This document shows, piece after piece, positions 43,018 to 53,325 of a stretch of DNA of 64,000 nucleotides. Source of the DNA: Acidobacteriota bacterium (GTDB taxonomy: Bacteria > Acidobacteriota > Thermoanaerobaculia > Gp7-AA8). The position numbers were made by a program, and so were the translations under genes. Where the stretch lies: the NCBI GenBank assembly GCA_019244185.1, contig JAFATB010000006.1:480001-544000 (forward strand), read 5' to 3'. Under the pieces are notes generated by a model, which was not told the DNA's origin, made no database searches, and saw only the letters and a program-made list of their open reading frames with translations. The first letter of the stretch is position 1. Every line of letters starts with the position of its first letter.

Positions 43018-43929
43018 ATGACCGCCACCGCACCACTGCACGAAGTCCAGCCCCAGTCCGCATTGTTCGAAAGCATCCTCGAGCTGATTCGTCGCACGTC
43101 GACGCAGTTGCCGGACGACGTCGTGCGCGCCGTGACCGACGCGCGCAACGACGAAGAGAAAGGCTCGAATGCCGACGTCGCGCTCGATGTCATCGGCTGC
43201 AACATCGTCCTCGCGCGCGACAGCTCGCTCCCGCTCTGCCAGGACACCGGCACGATCCTCTTCTACGTGCACACGCCCGCCGCCTACGACCAGCTCACCT
43301 TCGAGGAAGTCGCCACCGACGCCGTGCGCGCCGCGACGAAGAAAGGCTATCTCCGCCAGAACAGCGTCGACAGCGTCACCGGCAAGAACACCGGCGACAA
43401 CACCGGTCCCGGCTCGCCGGTCTTTCACTTTCATCAATGGCGTGAGACCTATGTCGAAGTGAAGCTGATGCTCAAAGGCGGCGGCTGCGAGAACATGAAC
43501 GCGCAGTACTCGCTGCCGCACCCCGACCTCGGCGGACGCGATCTCAAAGGCGTCGAGAACGCGATCCTCGACTCCGTGCTGCAAGCGCAGGGACAAGGCT
43601 GCGGCCCCGGCATCCTCGGCGTCTGCATCGGCGGCGACCGCGCCACCGGCTACTCGTTCGCGAAAGAACAACTCCTGCGCACGATGGACGAGGCGAGCGA
43701 CGATCCCGAGCTCGCCGCACTCGAAGAGCGCGTCGTCGAGAAGGCGAATCAATCCGGCATCGGACCGATGGGCTTCGGCGGCAAGACAACGCTGCTCGCC
43801 TGCAAGATCGGCAAGCTCAATCGCCTGCCGGCATCGTTTTTCGTTTCGATCGCGTACATGTGCTGGGCGTTCCGCCGGCGCGGCGCGAACCTCGACATGC
43901 AGGGCAACGTCACGGAGTGGCTCTACTGA
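43018..43929 (+). CDS. Class I fumarate hydratase/tartrate dehydratase, alpha subunit
   Basis: PLCQDTG, KGGGCEN, GCGPG, GPMGFGG, MCWA. Confidence 0.9.
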   Translation: MTATAPLHEVQPQSALFESILELIRRTSTQLPDDVVRAVTDARNDEEKGSNADVALDVIGCNIVLARDSSLPLCQDTGTILFYVHTPAAYDQLTFEEVATDAVRAATKKGYLRQNSVDSVTGKNTGDNTGPGSPVFHFHQWRETYVEVKLMLKGGGCENMNAQYSLPHPDLGGRDLKGVENAILDSVLQAQGQGCGPGILGVCIGGDRATGYSFAKEQLLRTMDEASDDPELAALEERVVEKANQSGIGPMGFGGKTTLLACKIGKLNRLPASFFVSIAYMCWAFRRRGANLDMQGNVTEWLY

Positions 43930-44504
43930 TGGCGCTCGTCAAGCTCAACACGCCGATCGACGAGGCCACGATCCGCTCGCTCAACGTCGGCGACACCGTC
44001 TCCATCACCGGCCGCCTCTACACCGGCCGCGACGCCGTGCATCACCGCATCCACACCGGCACGAAGCCGCCGGTCGATCTCGCCGGGCAGATCATCTATC
44101 ACTGCGGTCCGGTGATGGTGAAGGAAGGCGACGCGTGGGTGTGCAAGGCCGCCGGGCCGACGACGTCGTCGCGGGAAGAGCCGTACGAGCACGAGGTCAT
44201 CCGCGACTACGGCATTCGCGGCGTCATCGGCAAAGGCGGCATGGGGCCGCTCACGCTCGCCGCGTGCAAGGAGTACGGCGCGGTGTATCTGCACGCCATC
44301 GGCGGCGCCGCGCAGGTCTGTGCGGCGTCGATCAAGCGTGTCGACGGCGTCGACTGGCTCGACCTCGGCTCGCCCGAGGCGATCTGGCATCTGTGGGTGG
44401 AAGACTTCATGGCCATCGTGACGATGGACGCGCACGGCCGCTCGCTCCATCAGCAGGTCTTCGAGGAGTCGAAGGCACGCCTGGCCGCGCTCAAGTCGGT
44501 GTGA
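43929..44504 (+). CDS. Class I fumarate hydratase/tartrate dehydratase, beta subunit
   Basis: TGRDAVH, YHCGP, AGPTTS, IGKGGM. TGATG coupling to the alpha subunit. Confidence 0.9.
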   Translation: MALVKLNTPIDEATIRSLNVGDTVSITGRLYTGRDAVHHRIHTGTKPPVDLAGQIIYHCGPVMVKEGDAWVCKAAGPTTSSREEPYEHEVIRDYGIRGVIGKGGMGPLTLAACKEYGAVYLHAIGGAAQVCAASIKRVDGVDWLDLGSPEAIWHLWVEDFMAIVTMDAHGRSLHQQVFEESKARLAALKSV

Positions 44505-44525
44505 GTGTTGCTGACTCGCGCAGTC

Positions 44526-45932
44526 ATGCGAGTTGAAAAAGACACCCTCGGCGAAGTCCGCGTGCCCGACGGCGCGCTCTACGGCGCACAGACGCAGCGC
44601 GCCGTGGAGAACTACCCGATCAGCGGACTGCGCGAGCATCCGCAGTTCATCCGCGCGTTCATCCTGCTCAAACGTTCCGCGGCGCAGGCGAACCGCGAGC
44701 TCGGCGCGCTCGACGACACGCTCGCGAATGCGATCGTCTCCGCGTGCGACACCGTCCTCGGCGATTTCGCGAGGTTCCGCGCGCACTTCGTCGTCGACGT
44801 CTTCCAGGCCGGCGCCGGCACGTCGTTCAACATGAACTGCAACGAGGTGCTCGCGAACCTCGCCAACGTCTCGCTCGGCGGCAAGCTCGGCGAGTACAAA
44901 CCCGTCAATCCCAACGACCACGTCAACATGGCGCAGTCGACGAACGACGTCTTCCCGACCGCCATCCGCATCGCGACGCTCTTCCTCCTCGACCAGCTCA
45001 CGCCGCAGCTCGATGCACTGACCGAGGCGCTCGACGCGAAAGGCGCCGAGTTCGCCGACGTCATCAAGTCCGGCCGCACGCATCTGCAGGATGCCGTGCC
45101 GGTGACGCTCGGCCAGGAGTTCAAGGCCTACGCGTCCGCCACGCGCCGCGCGACACGCCTCCTGCGTGATGCCGCGAACGAGCTCCGCTTCCTCGGCATC
45201 GGCGGCACGGCGGCCGGCACCGGCATCAACACGCCCATCGGTTATCGGTTCGTCGTCGTGAAGTACCTGCGCGAGTCGACGAAGCTCGAGCTCGAAGCGA
45301 TCGACGACCTGCGCGAGTCGATGCAGTCGCAACTGCCCGTCGTCGCCGTGAGCGCCGCGCTGCGCAACCTCGCGCTCGAGCTCACGCGCATCACGAACGA
45401 CCTGCGCCTCCTCGCGTCGGGACCGATGACGGGACTCGCGGAGATCCTGCTGCCGTCCGTGCAGCCGGGCTCCTCGATCATGCCGGGCAAGGTGAACCCG
45501 TCGATGCTCGAATGCATGAACCAGCTGCTCTTCCACATCATCGGCGCCGACACCGCGGTCGCGTACGCGTCGCAGGCGGGGCAGCTCGAGCTCAACGTGA
45601 TGATGCCGCTGATGGCCTTCGAGCTCTCCTTCTCCGTCGAGATCCTGAAGAATTTCCTTCCGGTGTTCGTCGAGAAATGCATCCGCGGCATCGAGGCCAA
45701 TCGCGAGCGCTGCGAGGCGTACTACATCAGTTCCCCGTCGCTCGCCACCGCGCTCAATCCGCTGATCGGCTACGCCGCGGCCGCGGAGATCGCGAAGGAA
45801 TCGGCGAAAACGGGGCAGCGGATCCCCGACCTGCTGCGCGAGCGGAACCTGTTGCCGGAAGAAGAGATCGCGCGGATCTTCACGCCGGAGTTTCTCGCGG
45901 GACAGGCGGATCGGGAGAGAAAAGATGAATGA
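44526..45932 (+). CDS. aspA: Aspartate ammonia-lyase (aspartase/fumarase II superfamily)
   Basis: GSSIMPGKVNP, GRTHLQDA. QAGAGTS and QSTND favour AspA over FumC. Confidence 0.75.
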   Translation: MRVEKDTLGEVRVPDGALYGAQTQRAVENYPISGLREHPQFIRAFILLKRSAAQANRELGALDDTLANAIVSACDTVLGDFARFRAHFVVDVFQAGAGTSFNMNCNEVLANLANVSLGGKLGEYKPVNPNDHVNMAQSTNDVFPTAIRIATLFLLDQLTPQLDALTEALDAKGAEFADVIKSGRTHLQDAVPVTLGQEFKAYASATRRATRLLRDAANELRFLGIGGTAAGTGINTPIGYRFVVVKYLRESTKLELEAIDDLRESMQSQLPVVAVSAALRNLALELTRITNDLRLLASGPMTGLAEILLPSVQPGSSIMPGKVNPSMLECMNQLLFHIIGADTAVAYASQAGQLELNVMMPLMAFELSFSVEILKNFLPVFVEKCIRGIEANRERCEAYYISSPSLATALNPLIGYAAAAEIAKESAKTGQRIPDLLRERNLLPEEEIARIFTPEFLAGQADRERKDE

Positions 45933-46011
45933 AGAATTTCGAATGAAGAATGAAGAAAGGGTCCGGCCGCACGTTCTTCATTCTGAATTCTTCATTCGAA
46001 ATTCTTCATTC
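45927..46011 (+). repeat. Heptamer-built inverted-repeat element, copy C
   Basis: Perfect 25-bp stem GAATGAAGAATTTCGAATGAAGAAT with its reverse complement. Contains the aspA stop (45930-45932). Confidence 0.85.
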
Positions 46012-46059
46012 GCCGTTCGTTCCGCACGATCGGCGTACAATCGCTGCGTCCCCTTCCAA

Positions 46060-46617
46060 ATGCGTCTCTTCCTCGCGGCGAATTTCCCCATCGGGGTCCT
46101 GCGCGACCTCAACGATCGCGTTGCGCGCGTGCGGTCGCGGCTCCCGGCCGCGTCGTGGGTGCGCGCGGAGACGCAGCATCTGACGTTCGCCTTTCTCGGC
46201 GAGCGTCCCGAGGCGCTCGTCGACGCGATCGCGCCGGCGCTGGAGACCTCGCTCGGCGCGCTGCCGAAGTTCGAGGCGCGGCTGCGCGGCTGCGGCGTCT
46301 TCCCGAATCCGCGCCGCGCGCGCGTCGGTTGGGCGGGACTCGATCCGGAGGCACGTTTCAGGAGCATCGCGCAAGTGGTCCGCGAGGTCGTGCTGCAGAA
46401 AGGCGTCTCGCTCGACGGCAGCGACTTCAAGCCTCACCTCACGATCATGCGCATGCGCGATCCGTGGCCGCCCGCGTCGATCGATCTCTTCCAGCGCACG
46501 CTGCGCGACTACGAGTCGGAGCCGTTCGCGATCGACCGCGTGACGTTGTACGAGAGCCAGCTGCATCCGAACGGCGCGATCCATACGCCGCTGCGCGCGT
46601 TCACGCTCGCGGGTTGA
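46060..46617 (+). CDS. thpR: RNA 2',3'-cyclic phosphodiesterase (2H family)
   Basis: MRLFLA, HLTFAFLG, FKPHLT. Confidence 0.9.
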   Translation: MRLFLAANFPIGVLRDLNDRVARVRSRLPAASWVRAETQHLTFAFLGERPEALVDAIAPALETSLGALPKFEARLRGCGVFPNPRRARVGWAGLDPEARFRSIAQVVREVVLQKGVSLDGSDFKPHLTIMRMRDPWPPASIDLFQRTLRDYESEPFAIDRVTLYESQLHPNGAIHTPLRAFTLAG

Positions 46618-46624
46618 GCGCGAC

Positions 46625-47701
46625 TCAGCGCCGCGCGTCGACTTCGCGGCCGTTCGTGGCGCGGCTCTTCGCGATCTCTTTGCCGCGCAGCTGTCCGCAT
46701 GCGGCGGCGATGTCGCGTCCTTTCGAGCGGCGCACGGTCACGCGGACGCCGTTGCGCACCAGCGTGTCGACGAAGCGATCGATCGCGGCGTCGCCCGGAC
46801 GTTTCATCCAGCCCGGCAGATTCGCGTCCTCGTTGAAGGGGATCGCATTCACCTTCGCGTGCAGTCCGTCGATCAGCCGCGCCAGCGCGACCGCGTCCTG
46901 CGGCGCGTCGTTGAAGCCGGCGAGGAGCACGTATTCGATCGTCACGTCGCGTCCGCGCTCGAGCGGAAAGCGGCGCAGCGCGGCCATCAGCCTTTCGAGC
47001 GGATACTTCGCTGTGATGGGCATGATCTGCTCGCGCCGTTTGCGGTCGGGCGCGTTGATCGAGATCGCGAGATTCGGACGGCGCTCGAGACGCGCGAGCG
47101 CCTCGATGCCGGGGATGATGCCCGACGTCGACAGCGTGATGCGGCGCGGCGCGAGGTTGCGATAGAGCGCGTCGAGCGTCGTCACCACGTGCTCGAAATT
47201 CAGCAGCGGCTCGCCCATCCCCATGAAGACGACGTTCATCTGCTCCATCGGAATCTGCTCTTCGTGCTGGATCGCGTAGAACTGTCCGACCATCTCCGCC
47301 GGCGTGAGGTTCCGGCCCGCGCCGAAGAAGCCGGTCACGCAGAACGTGCATCCGACCGCGCAGCCGGCCTGGGACGAGAGACAGATGCTCGTGCGCTCGC
47401 CCATCGGCATGTACACCGACTCGATGCGGTTGCCGTCCGCGAGGCGCAGCAGATACTTGCGGCTGCCGTCCGGCGCCGGCTCCGTGCGCGTGAGCACTTC
47501 CGGGAACGCGAGCGTGAAGTGAGCGGCGAGCTTCGCACGCGTTTCTTTCGGGATGTTCGACATCGCGTCGAACGAGTCGACGCCGCGCGCGTACATCCAC
47601 TCCTCGACCTGCCGGATGCGAAACACCGGCGACACGACCTCGGCCAGCGCCGCTTCGAGTTGCGGCGCGGCGAGGTCGTAGAGGTTGACGGGTTCGGTCA
47701 C
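46625..47701 (-). CDS. rlmN: Dual-specificity RNA methyltransferase RlmN
   Basis: CLSSQAGCAVGCTFC, MGMGEP, IEYVL, DIAAACGQL. Confidence 0.95.
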   Translation of the reverse strand: MTEPVNLYDLAAPQLEAALAEVVSPVFRIRQVEEWMYARGVDSFDAMSNIPKETRAKLAAHFTLAFPEVLTRTEPAPDGSRKYLLRLADGNRIESVYMPMGERTSICLSSQAGCAVGCTFCVTGFFGAGRNLTPAEMVGQFYAIQHEEQIPMEQMNVVFMGMGEPLLNFEHVVTTLDALYRNLAPRRITLSTSGIIPGIEALARLERRPNLAISINAPDRKRREQIMPITAKYPLERLMAALRRFPLERGRDVTIEYVLLAGFNDAPQDAVALARLIDGLHAKVNAIPFNEDANLPGWMKRPGDAAIDRFVDTLVRNGVRVTVRRSKGRDIAAACGQLRGKEIAKSRATNGREVDARR

Positions 47702-48036
47702 AGCGTCTCTTCGGACGGTTGCGCGAGCGGCTCGATGCGGCGCGCCGAGCGGACTTTGCGGGTTGGGTCGATGCCGAGGCCGCGCAGGAGCGCGAGATCG
47801 TTGACGTTGATGCGGAACTGCACTTCGCGCGGCGGCGTTGCGGGCACGGGCACTTCGCCCGCGGCTTCCTCGCCGTCCTGTTTATTGAGGCCGATGGTGG
47901 CGTCGAGGACCACGTAGAGATCGTAGCCTTCGTCGCGGATTCGCTGGATGTGGCGGTTCACGTCTTCGGAGCTGGAGATCGACTCGTTGATGGCCGTCCC
48001 GAGTTCCTGCAGGAGCTGCTTGATCTTTTCGTCCAC
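47698..48036 (-). CDS. Conserved-looking hypothetical protein (112 aa), coupled to rlmN
   Basis: GTG start with SD GGGAG, overlaps the rlmN start. LGTAINES...GYDLYVVLDATIG...DLALLRGLGI. Confidence 0.75.
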   Translation of the reverse strand: MDEKIKQLLQELGTAINESISSSEDVNRHIQRIRDEGYDLYVVLDATIGLNKQDGEEAAGEVPVPATPPREVQFRINVNDLALLRGLGIDPTRKVRSARRIEPLAQPSEETL

Positions 48037-48103
48037 GCGCTCTCCCTGGAGTGCACGTAAGTAATTGCAAAATCAGCAGCTTAGGTTTACGTGCAATGGT
48101 TGA

Positions 48104-48132
48104 ATTATCCAAACGGGACGGCTTCGGGTCAA
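48104..48132 (-). promoter_or_regulatory. sigma70-type promoter for the hypothetical-rlmN operon
   Basis: TTGACC-N17-GATAAT. Confidence 0.6.
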
Positions 48133-48213
48133 TATTCCGATTCGCCCTTCAGCGGCGTACACTACTTGTCCCGAACCGCCGCGGCTGCAAACCTTCAGCC
48201 ACGAAGTTTCGCG

Positions 48214-49113
<900 letters not shown>

Positions 49114-49136
49114 TCCCGTTCGGCGAAGGGACAGCG

Positions 49137-49165
49137 AGTGTAGTGAACGGCCTCGGGAGCGTCAA
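49137..49165 (-). promoter_or_regulatory. sigma70-type promoter of tRNA-Cys
   Basis: TTGACG-N17-TACACT. Confidence 0.75.
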
Positions 49166-50262
49166 TATTCGGGGATCGGGATGACCTTCAGCACATCTCC
49201 CGGCGCGGGATGAATCGCCGCGCCGCGCAGAGACTGCAGCACGATGTCGCTCATGGCGCGGTAGGCGCGCGCCTGCGACTCCTCCGTCGTGCCGCGCATC
49301 TGGTGGTGAAAGCCGGGCACGGACGCCGCCGCGGCGCCGAAAATCGTGAAGTCGAGGTGATGGGCACCGGCGATGCTGACAACGCGCTTCGGCCGCGCCG
49401 CGAGCTCGGCGATCAGGCTCAGATCGTTGCGCGGCTCGCCCGCGACGTTGAGCTGCAGCAGCCGGAAGCCGCGCCGCGTGCGGTCGTATCGCGGCGCCGC
49501 GCGCACGAGGGCGAGGCGGTCGGAAAAGCCGATCACGCCGTCGATGCTGATCACGGCCGCGACGCGCGAGTCATGCATCGCTGTCAGCAGCGCGGCGGCC
49601 GCGCCGAAGCTGTAGCCGATCGCCGTGACGCGGCGCGCGTCGACGTCGTCCCACCGCGCGGCCGTGTCGAGCGCGAACGCGACGTCGCGCGCGTTCGCGT
49701 CGACACTCGGCGCATCGAACCCCATCGACCGCGTCTCGACTCCGACCGTCGGAACGCTCACCACCACGAAGCCGTCACTGGCGAGGCGTTCGGCGAGCGG
49801 CACGTGCAGCACCGGCGATTCGTCGCGGCCGACGGCGAGGACCACCAGCGGAAATCGGCGGTTCACGGGCGGTGCATCGCGCCGTGCGAGGAACGGCCGC
49901 GCGAGGAGACTCGCGACGGCGGCGGGCGTCACGCCGAGCTGGGTCGCGTAGTCGCTGAACTCCTTCGCGCCGGCGCTGCAGGCGTCTGCCTTCTGCACGG
50001 CGGATCCTTCGTTCGGCAGGTCGCAGAGATAGTCGCCGTACGTGAGCGGCGCGGCGCCGGTGCGCATCGCGGGATACCACACCGTGAGCTGCATCGGCCG
50101 CGCGGCGCCGCCGAAGGTGCGCGACGGATCGGTGGTCCGCACGATGCGCATGCCGGCGTCCCACCGGCCGGTGTCCGCGCGCTCCGGCGTCTCGTCGTGC
50201 GGTACGGAGCGGCTGCCGGCGCAGGCGGCGGCGAGCAGCAGAACCAGCAGCCACGGTCGCAT
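49162..50262 (-). CDS. Alpha/beta-hydrolase lipoprotein
   Basis: Lipobox AAAC, VWYP, FPLVV, GYSFG nucleophile, GAHHLDF. Confidence 0.8.
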   Translation of the reverse strand: MRPWLLVLLLAAACAGSRSVPHDETPERADTGRWDAGMRIVRTTDPSRTFGGAARPMQLTVWYPAMRTGAAPLTYGDYLCDLPNEGSAVQKADACSAGAKEFSDYATQLGVTPAAVASLLARPFLARRDAPPVNRRFPLVVLAVGRDESPVLHVPLAERLASDGFVVVSVPTVGVETRSMGFDAPSVDANARDVAFALDTAARWDDVDARRVTAIGYSFGAAAALLTAMHDSRVAAVISIDGVIGFSDRLALVRAAPRYDRTRRGFRLLQLNVAGEPRNDLSLIAELAARPKRVVSIAGAHHLDFTIFGAAAASVPGFHHQMRGTTEESQARAYRAMSDIVLQSLRGAAIHPAPGDVLKVIPIPEY

Positions 50263-50331
50263 CGCCGCGCATTCTACGGCTGCGACGCTGCTGGCGTACG
50301 CGACGCTACGTTATGATGCGGGCTCCCGATC

Positions 50332-52104
50332 ATGACCAACATCGCGACGCGGCGCTTCTGCCTCGTGCTCGTCAAGCCGTCGCATTACGACGACGACGGC
50401 TACGTCATTCAATGGTTTCGCTCCGCGATTCCATCGAACTCGCTCGCCGCGCTTTACGGCCTCGCTCGCGACTGCGCGGAGCGCCGCATCCTCGGCGATG
50501 ACGTCGCGCTCGACGTCCACAGCTTCGACGAGACGAACACGCGCATCCGTCCCGAGAAGCTCGCGCGCATGATCGAGCGCGCCGGCGCGGGCATGGTCAT
50601 GCTCGTCGGCGTGCAGTCGAACCAGTTCCCGCGCGCGCTCGATCTCGCGCGGCCGCTGCGCGCGCGCGGCATCGCCGTCGGCATCGGCGGCTTTCACGTG
50701 TCGGGAACCATGAGCATGCTCGGCGGCGTCGACGCGGGGCTCGACGAGGCGCGCAAACTCGGCGTCTCGCTCTTCGCCGGCGAGGCGGAGTGGCGGCTCG
50801 ACGACATTCTTCGCGATGCCGCGAACGGCGCGCTCAAGCCGCTCTACAACTTCATGGCCGATCTCCCCGGCATCGAAGGCGCGCCGATCCCGCTCATCAC
50901 CGCGCTGCGCGCGTGGCGCACGGCCGGCGGCGTGACGAGCTTCGACGCGGGACGCGGCTGCCCGTTCCAGTGCTCCTTCTGCACGATCATCAACGTGCAG
51001 GGACGCAAGTCGCGGCGACGCTCGCCGGAAGACATCGAGAAGATCGTGCGCGCGAACGTCGCGCAGGGACTGCACAGCTTCTTCATCACCGACGACAACT
51101 TCGCGCGCAATCAGGACTGGGAGCCGATCCTCGATCGCCTCATCCAGCTGCGCGAGAACGAAGGCATCAAGATCCACTTCATCATCCAGGTGGACACGCT
51201 CTGCCACCGCATCCCGCGCTTCGTCGAGAAATGCGCGCGCGCCGGCGTGCGCCGCGTGTTCATCGGCCTCGAGAACATCAACCCCGACTCGCTCGCCGGC
51301 GCGAAGAAGCGGCAGAACAAGATCACCGAGTACCGCAAGATGCTGCTCGCGTGGAAGGCCGCGCGCGTCATCACCTACGCCGGCTACATCCTCGGATTTC
51401 CGAACGACACGCTCGAATCGATCCGCCGCGACATCGAGATCATCAAGAAAGAGCTCCCCGTCGATCTGCTCGAGTTCTTCTTCCTCACGCCGCTGCCCGG
51501 TTCCGAGGATCACCAGAAGCTCGTGCGCGCGGGAGTTGACGTCGATGCGGATCTCAACAAGTACGACCTCAATCACGTGACGACCGCGCACCCGAAGATG
51601 TCCGCGAACGAATGGGAGCGCGCGTATCGCATGGCGTGGGAGACGTACTACACGCCCGAGCACGTCGACGCGGTGTTGCGGCGGCTCGTGGCCATGCGCT
51701 GCAGCGCGAGCAACGCCATCCTGCTCATGACGTGGTTCAAGGGGTCGATCCACATCGAAGGCGTGCATCCGCTCGAGGCAGGCTTCTTCCGCTACAAGTT
51801 CCGCGACGACCGGCGGCCCGGCTTCGCGCGCGTGCCGGCTTGGGAGTTCTATCCGACGTACGTCATCGAGACCGCGCGCAAGCTCGCGAAGTGGAGCTCG
51901 ATCTATCTCGATCTGCGCCGCAAGTACGTGCGCATCAAGCGCGATCCGGCGCGGCTCGCGTACACGGACGTCGCGCTGACGCCGGTGTCGGATGCGGAGA
52001 TCGACACGCTCGATCTCTTCCACCACACCGACGCCGCGGAGGCGTTCGTCGCGCGCGAGCGGAAGCCCGCGGCCGCGCCGTCCGCCGCCGTCACCGCAGG
52101 CTGA
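50332..52104 (+). CDS. Cobalamin-binding-domain radical SAM protein
   Basis: GGFHVS, GEAE, GRGCPFQCSFC, TDDNF, FIGLE, TPLPGS. Confidence 0.88.
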   Translation: MTNIATRRFCLVLVKPSHYDDDGYVIQWFRSAIPSNSLAALYGLARDCAERRILGDDVALDVHSFDETNTRIRPEKLARMIERAGAGMVMLVGVQSNQFPRALDLARPLRARGIAVGIGGFHVSGTMSMLGGVDAGLDEARKLGVSLFAGEAEWRLDDILRDAANGALKPLYNFMADLPGIEGAPIPLITALRAWRTAGGVTSFDAGRGCPFQCSFCTIINVQGRKSRRRSPEDIEKIVRANVAQGLHSFFITDDNFARNQDWEPILDRLIQLRENEGIKIHFIIQVDTLCHRIPRFVEKCARAGVRRVFIGLENINPDSLAGAKKRQNKITEYRKMLLAWKAARVITYAGYILGFPNDTLESIRRDIEIIKKELPVDLLEFFFLTPLPGSEDHQKLVRAGVDVDADLNKYDLNHVTTAHPKMSANEWERAYRMAWETYYTPEHVDAVLRRLVAMRCSASNAILLMTWFKGSIHIEGVHPLEAGFFRYKFRDDRRPGFARVPAWEFYPTYVIETARKLAKWSSIYLDLRRKYVRIKRDPARLAYTDVALTPVSDAEIDTLDLFHHTDAAEAFVARERKPAAAPSAAVTAG

Positions 52105-53311
52105 ACGCTTCCTGCGCGTTCGCGGCGACGTGCAACGCACGCGCGGCCAGCGGCAGCGTGACGACGAACGTCGCGCCGTTGCCGACGCTGCTCTCCACGT
52201 CGATCGTTCCCTGATGCAGCATCACCAAGTGCTTTGTGATGGCGAGGCCGAGTCCCGCCCCCGCGACGTCCTGCGAGCGGCTCTTGTCCATGCGATAGAA
52301 GCGGCGGAAGATCCGCTCGCGCTCGTCGGACGGAATGCCTTCGCCGTGATCGGTGACGCGCACGACCGCGGAGTTGCCCGCGGACTCGACGTCGATGTCG
52401 ATGGTCGACTGCTCGGGGCCGTACTTGATCGCGTTGTCGATGAGATTCGAGAACGCCTGCTGGATGCGCACGGCGTCGGCGCGCACGCGGACGTCTTCGC
52501 CGCGCAGCGAGAACTTCACGTGCTTCTGCGCCGCGCGGTCGCCGAAGTCTTCGCAGAGATCGGCGAGCAGCGACTTGAGCTCGATGTCCGCGACTTCGAG
52601 CCCGAGGTCGCCCGACTCGATGCGGCTCAGCTCCGAGAGATCGTCGACGAGGCGCTGGAGGCGGCGCAGCTGGCGGCTCATGAGCCGGCGCAGGTGCTGG
52701 TCTTCTTCCGCGGTGATGTGCTCGGCGGCGAGCTCGTAGCTCTCGACCGCGGCGGACAGCGCGGCCAGCGGCGTGCGCGCCTCGTGCGAGAAGTCGGAGA
52801 TGAAGTTGCGGCGGATCTGTTCGAGACGCTCGATCTGCGTGACGTCGATGAAGATGCCGACGGCGGCGATGCGCTGCGAGAGCAGCGGAAACGCGCGGAT
52901 CTCGATGCGCCGTTCGGCGACGCCGATCGGAATCGTGACGCGCTCGCACGCCTCCTGGTGATCGAGCGCGGCGTCGAACGCGCTGAAGACGCCGGAGACG
53001 CGCACGACGTCGCTGAGCGGCAGCCCGACGACCGGCCGCGTCGCGCCGACCATCTCGCTGAAGCGGCGATTCGCGAGCGCGATGCGCCGCTGCGCGTCGA
53101 CGGCCAGCAAGCCCTCGCCGAGTCCGTCCATGATCTGCAGCAGCACCGCGCGCTCGGCGTCGTTCTCGCCCGCGCGCAAACGAAAGAGATCGCGCGTCGA
53201 TGCGAGCGACCGCACTTCCGCTTCCGCCGCGCGCAGCCGCCGCTGCGCGGCAAGGAGCGCCGCGATGCTGCCCGCGGTCGCGAGCGCGAGCACGATGAGG
53301 AGCTCGATCAT
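52091..53311 (-). CDS. PhoR-like sensor histidine kinase
   Basis: TM, PAS-like region, SHEARTPL, NLIDNAIKY, DHGEGI, GLGLAI. Confidence 0.88.
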   Translation of the reverse strand: MIELLIVLALATAGSIAALLAAQRRLRAAEAEVRSLASTRDLFRLRAGENDAERAVLLQIMDGLGEGLLAVDAQRRIALANRRFSEMVGATRPVVGLPLSDVVRVSGVFSAFDAALDHQEACERVTIPIGVAERRIEIRAFPLLSQRIAAVGIFIDVTQIERLEQIRRNFISDFSHEARTPLAALSAAVESYELAAEHITAEEDQHLRRLMSRQLRRLQRLVDDLSELSRIESGDLGLEVADIELKSLLADLCEDFGDRAAQKHVKFSLRGEDVRVRADAVRIQQAFSNLIDNAIKYGPEQSTIDIDVESAGNSAVVRVTDHGEGIPSDERERIFRRFYRMDKSRSQDVAGAGLGLAITKHLVMLHQGTIDVESSVGNGATFVVTLPLAARALHVAANAQEAFSLR

Positions 53312-53325
53312 GACAGCCTGCGGCG

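Noticed and set aside
45925-46059. N-terminal extension of thpR through heptamer element C
   Set aside because: The family N-terminus MRLF starts at 46060 with its own TACAAT at 46036-46041, so the extension is probably incidental.
48159-48173. ACACTACTTGT resembling an NrdR box
   Set aside because: Only a half match, unpaired, and no ribonucleotide reductase gene lies nearby.
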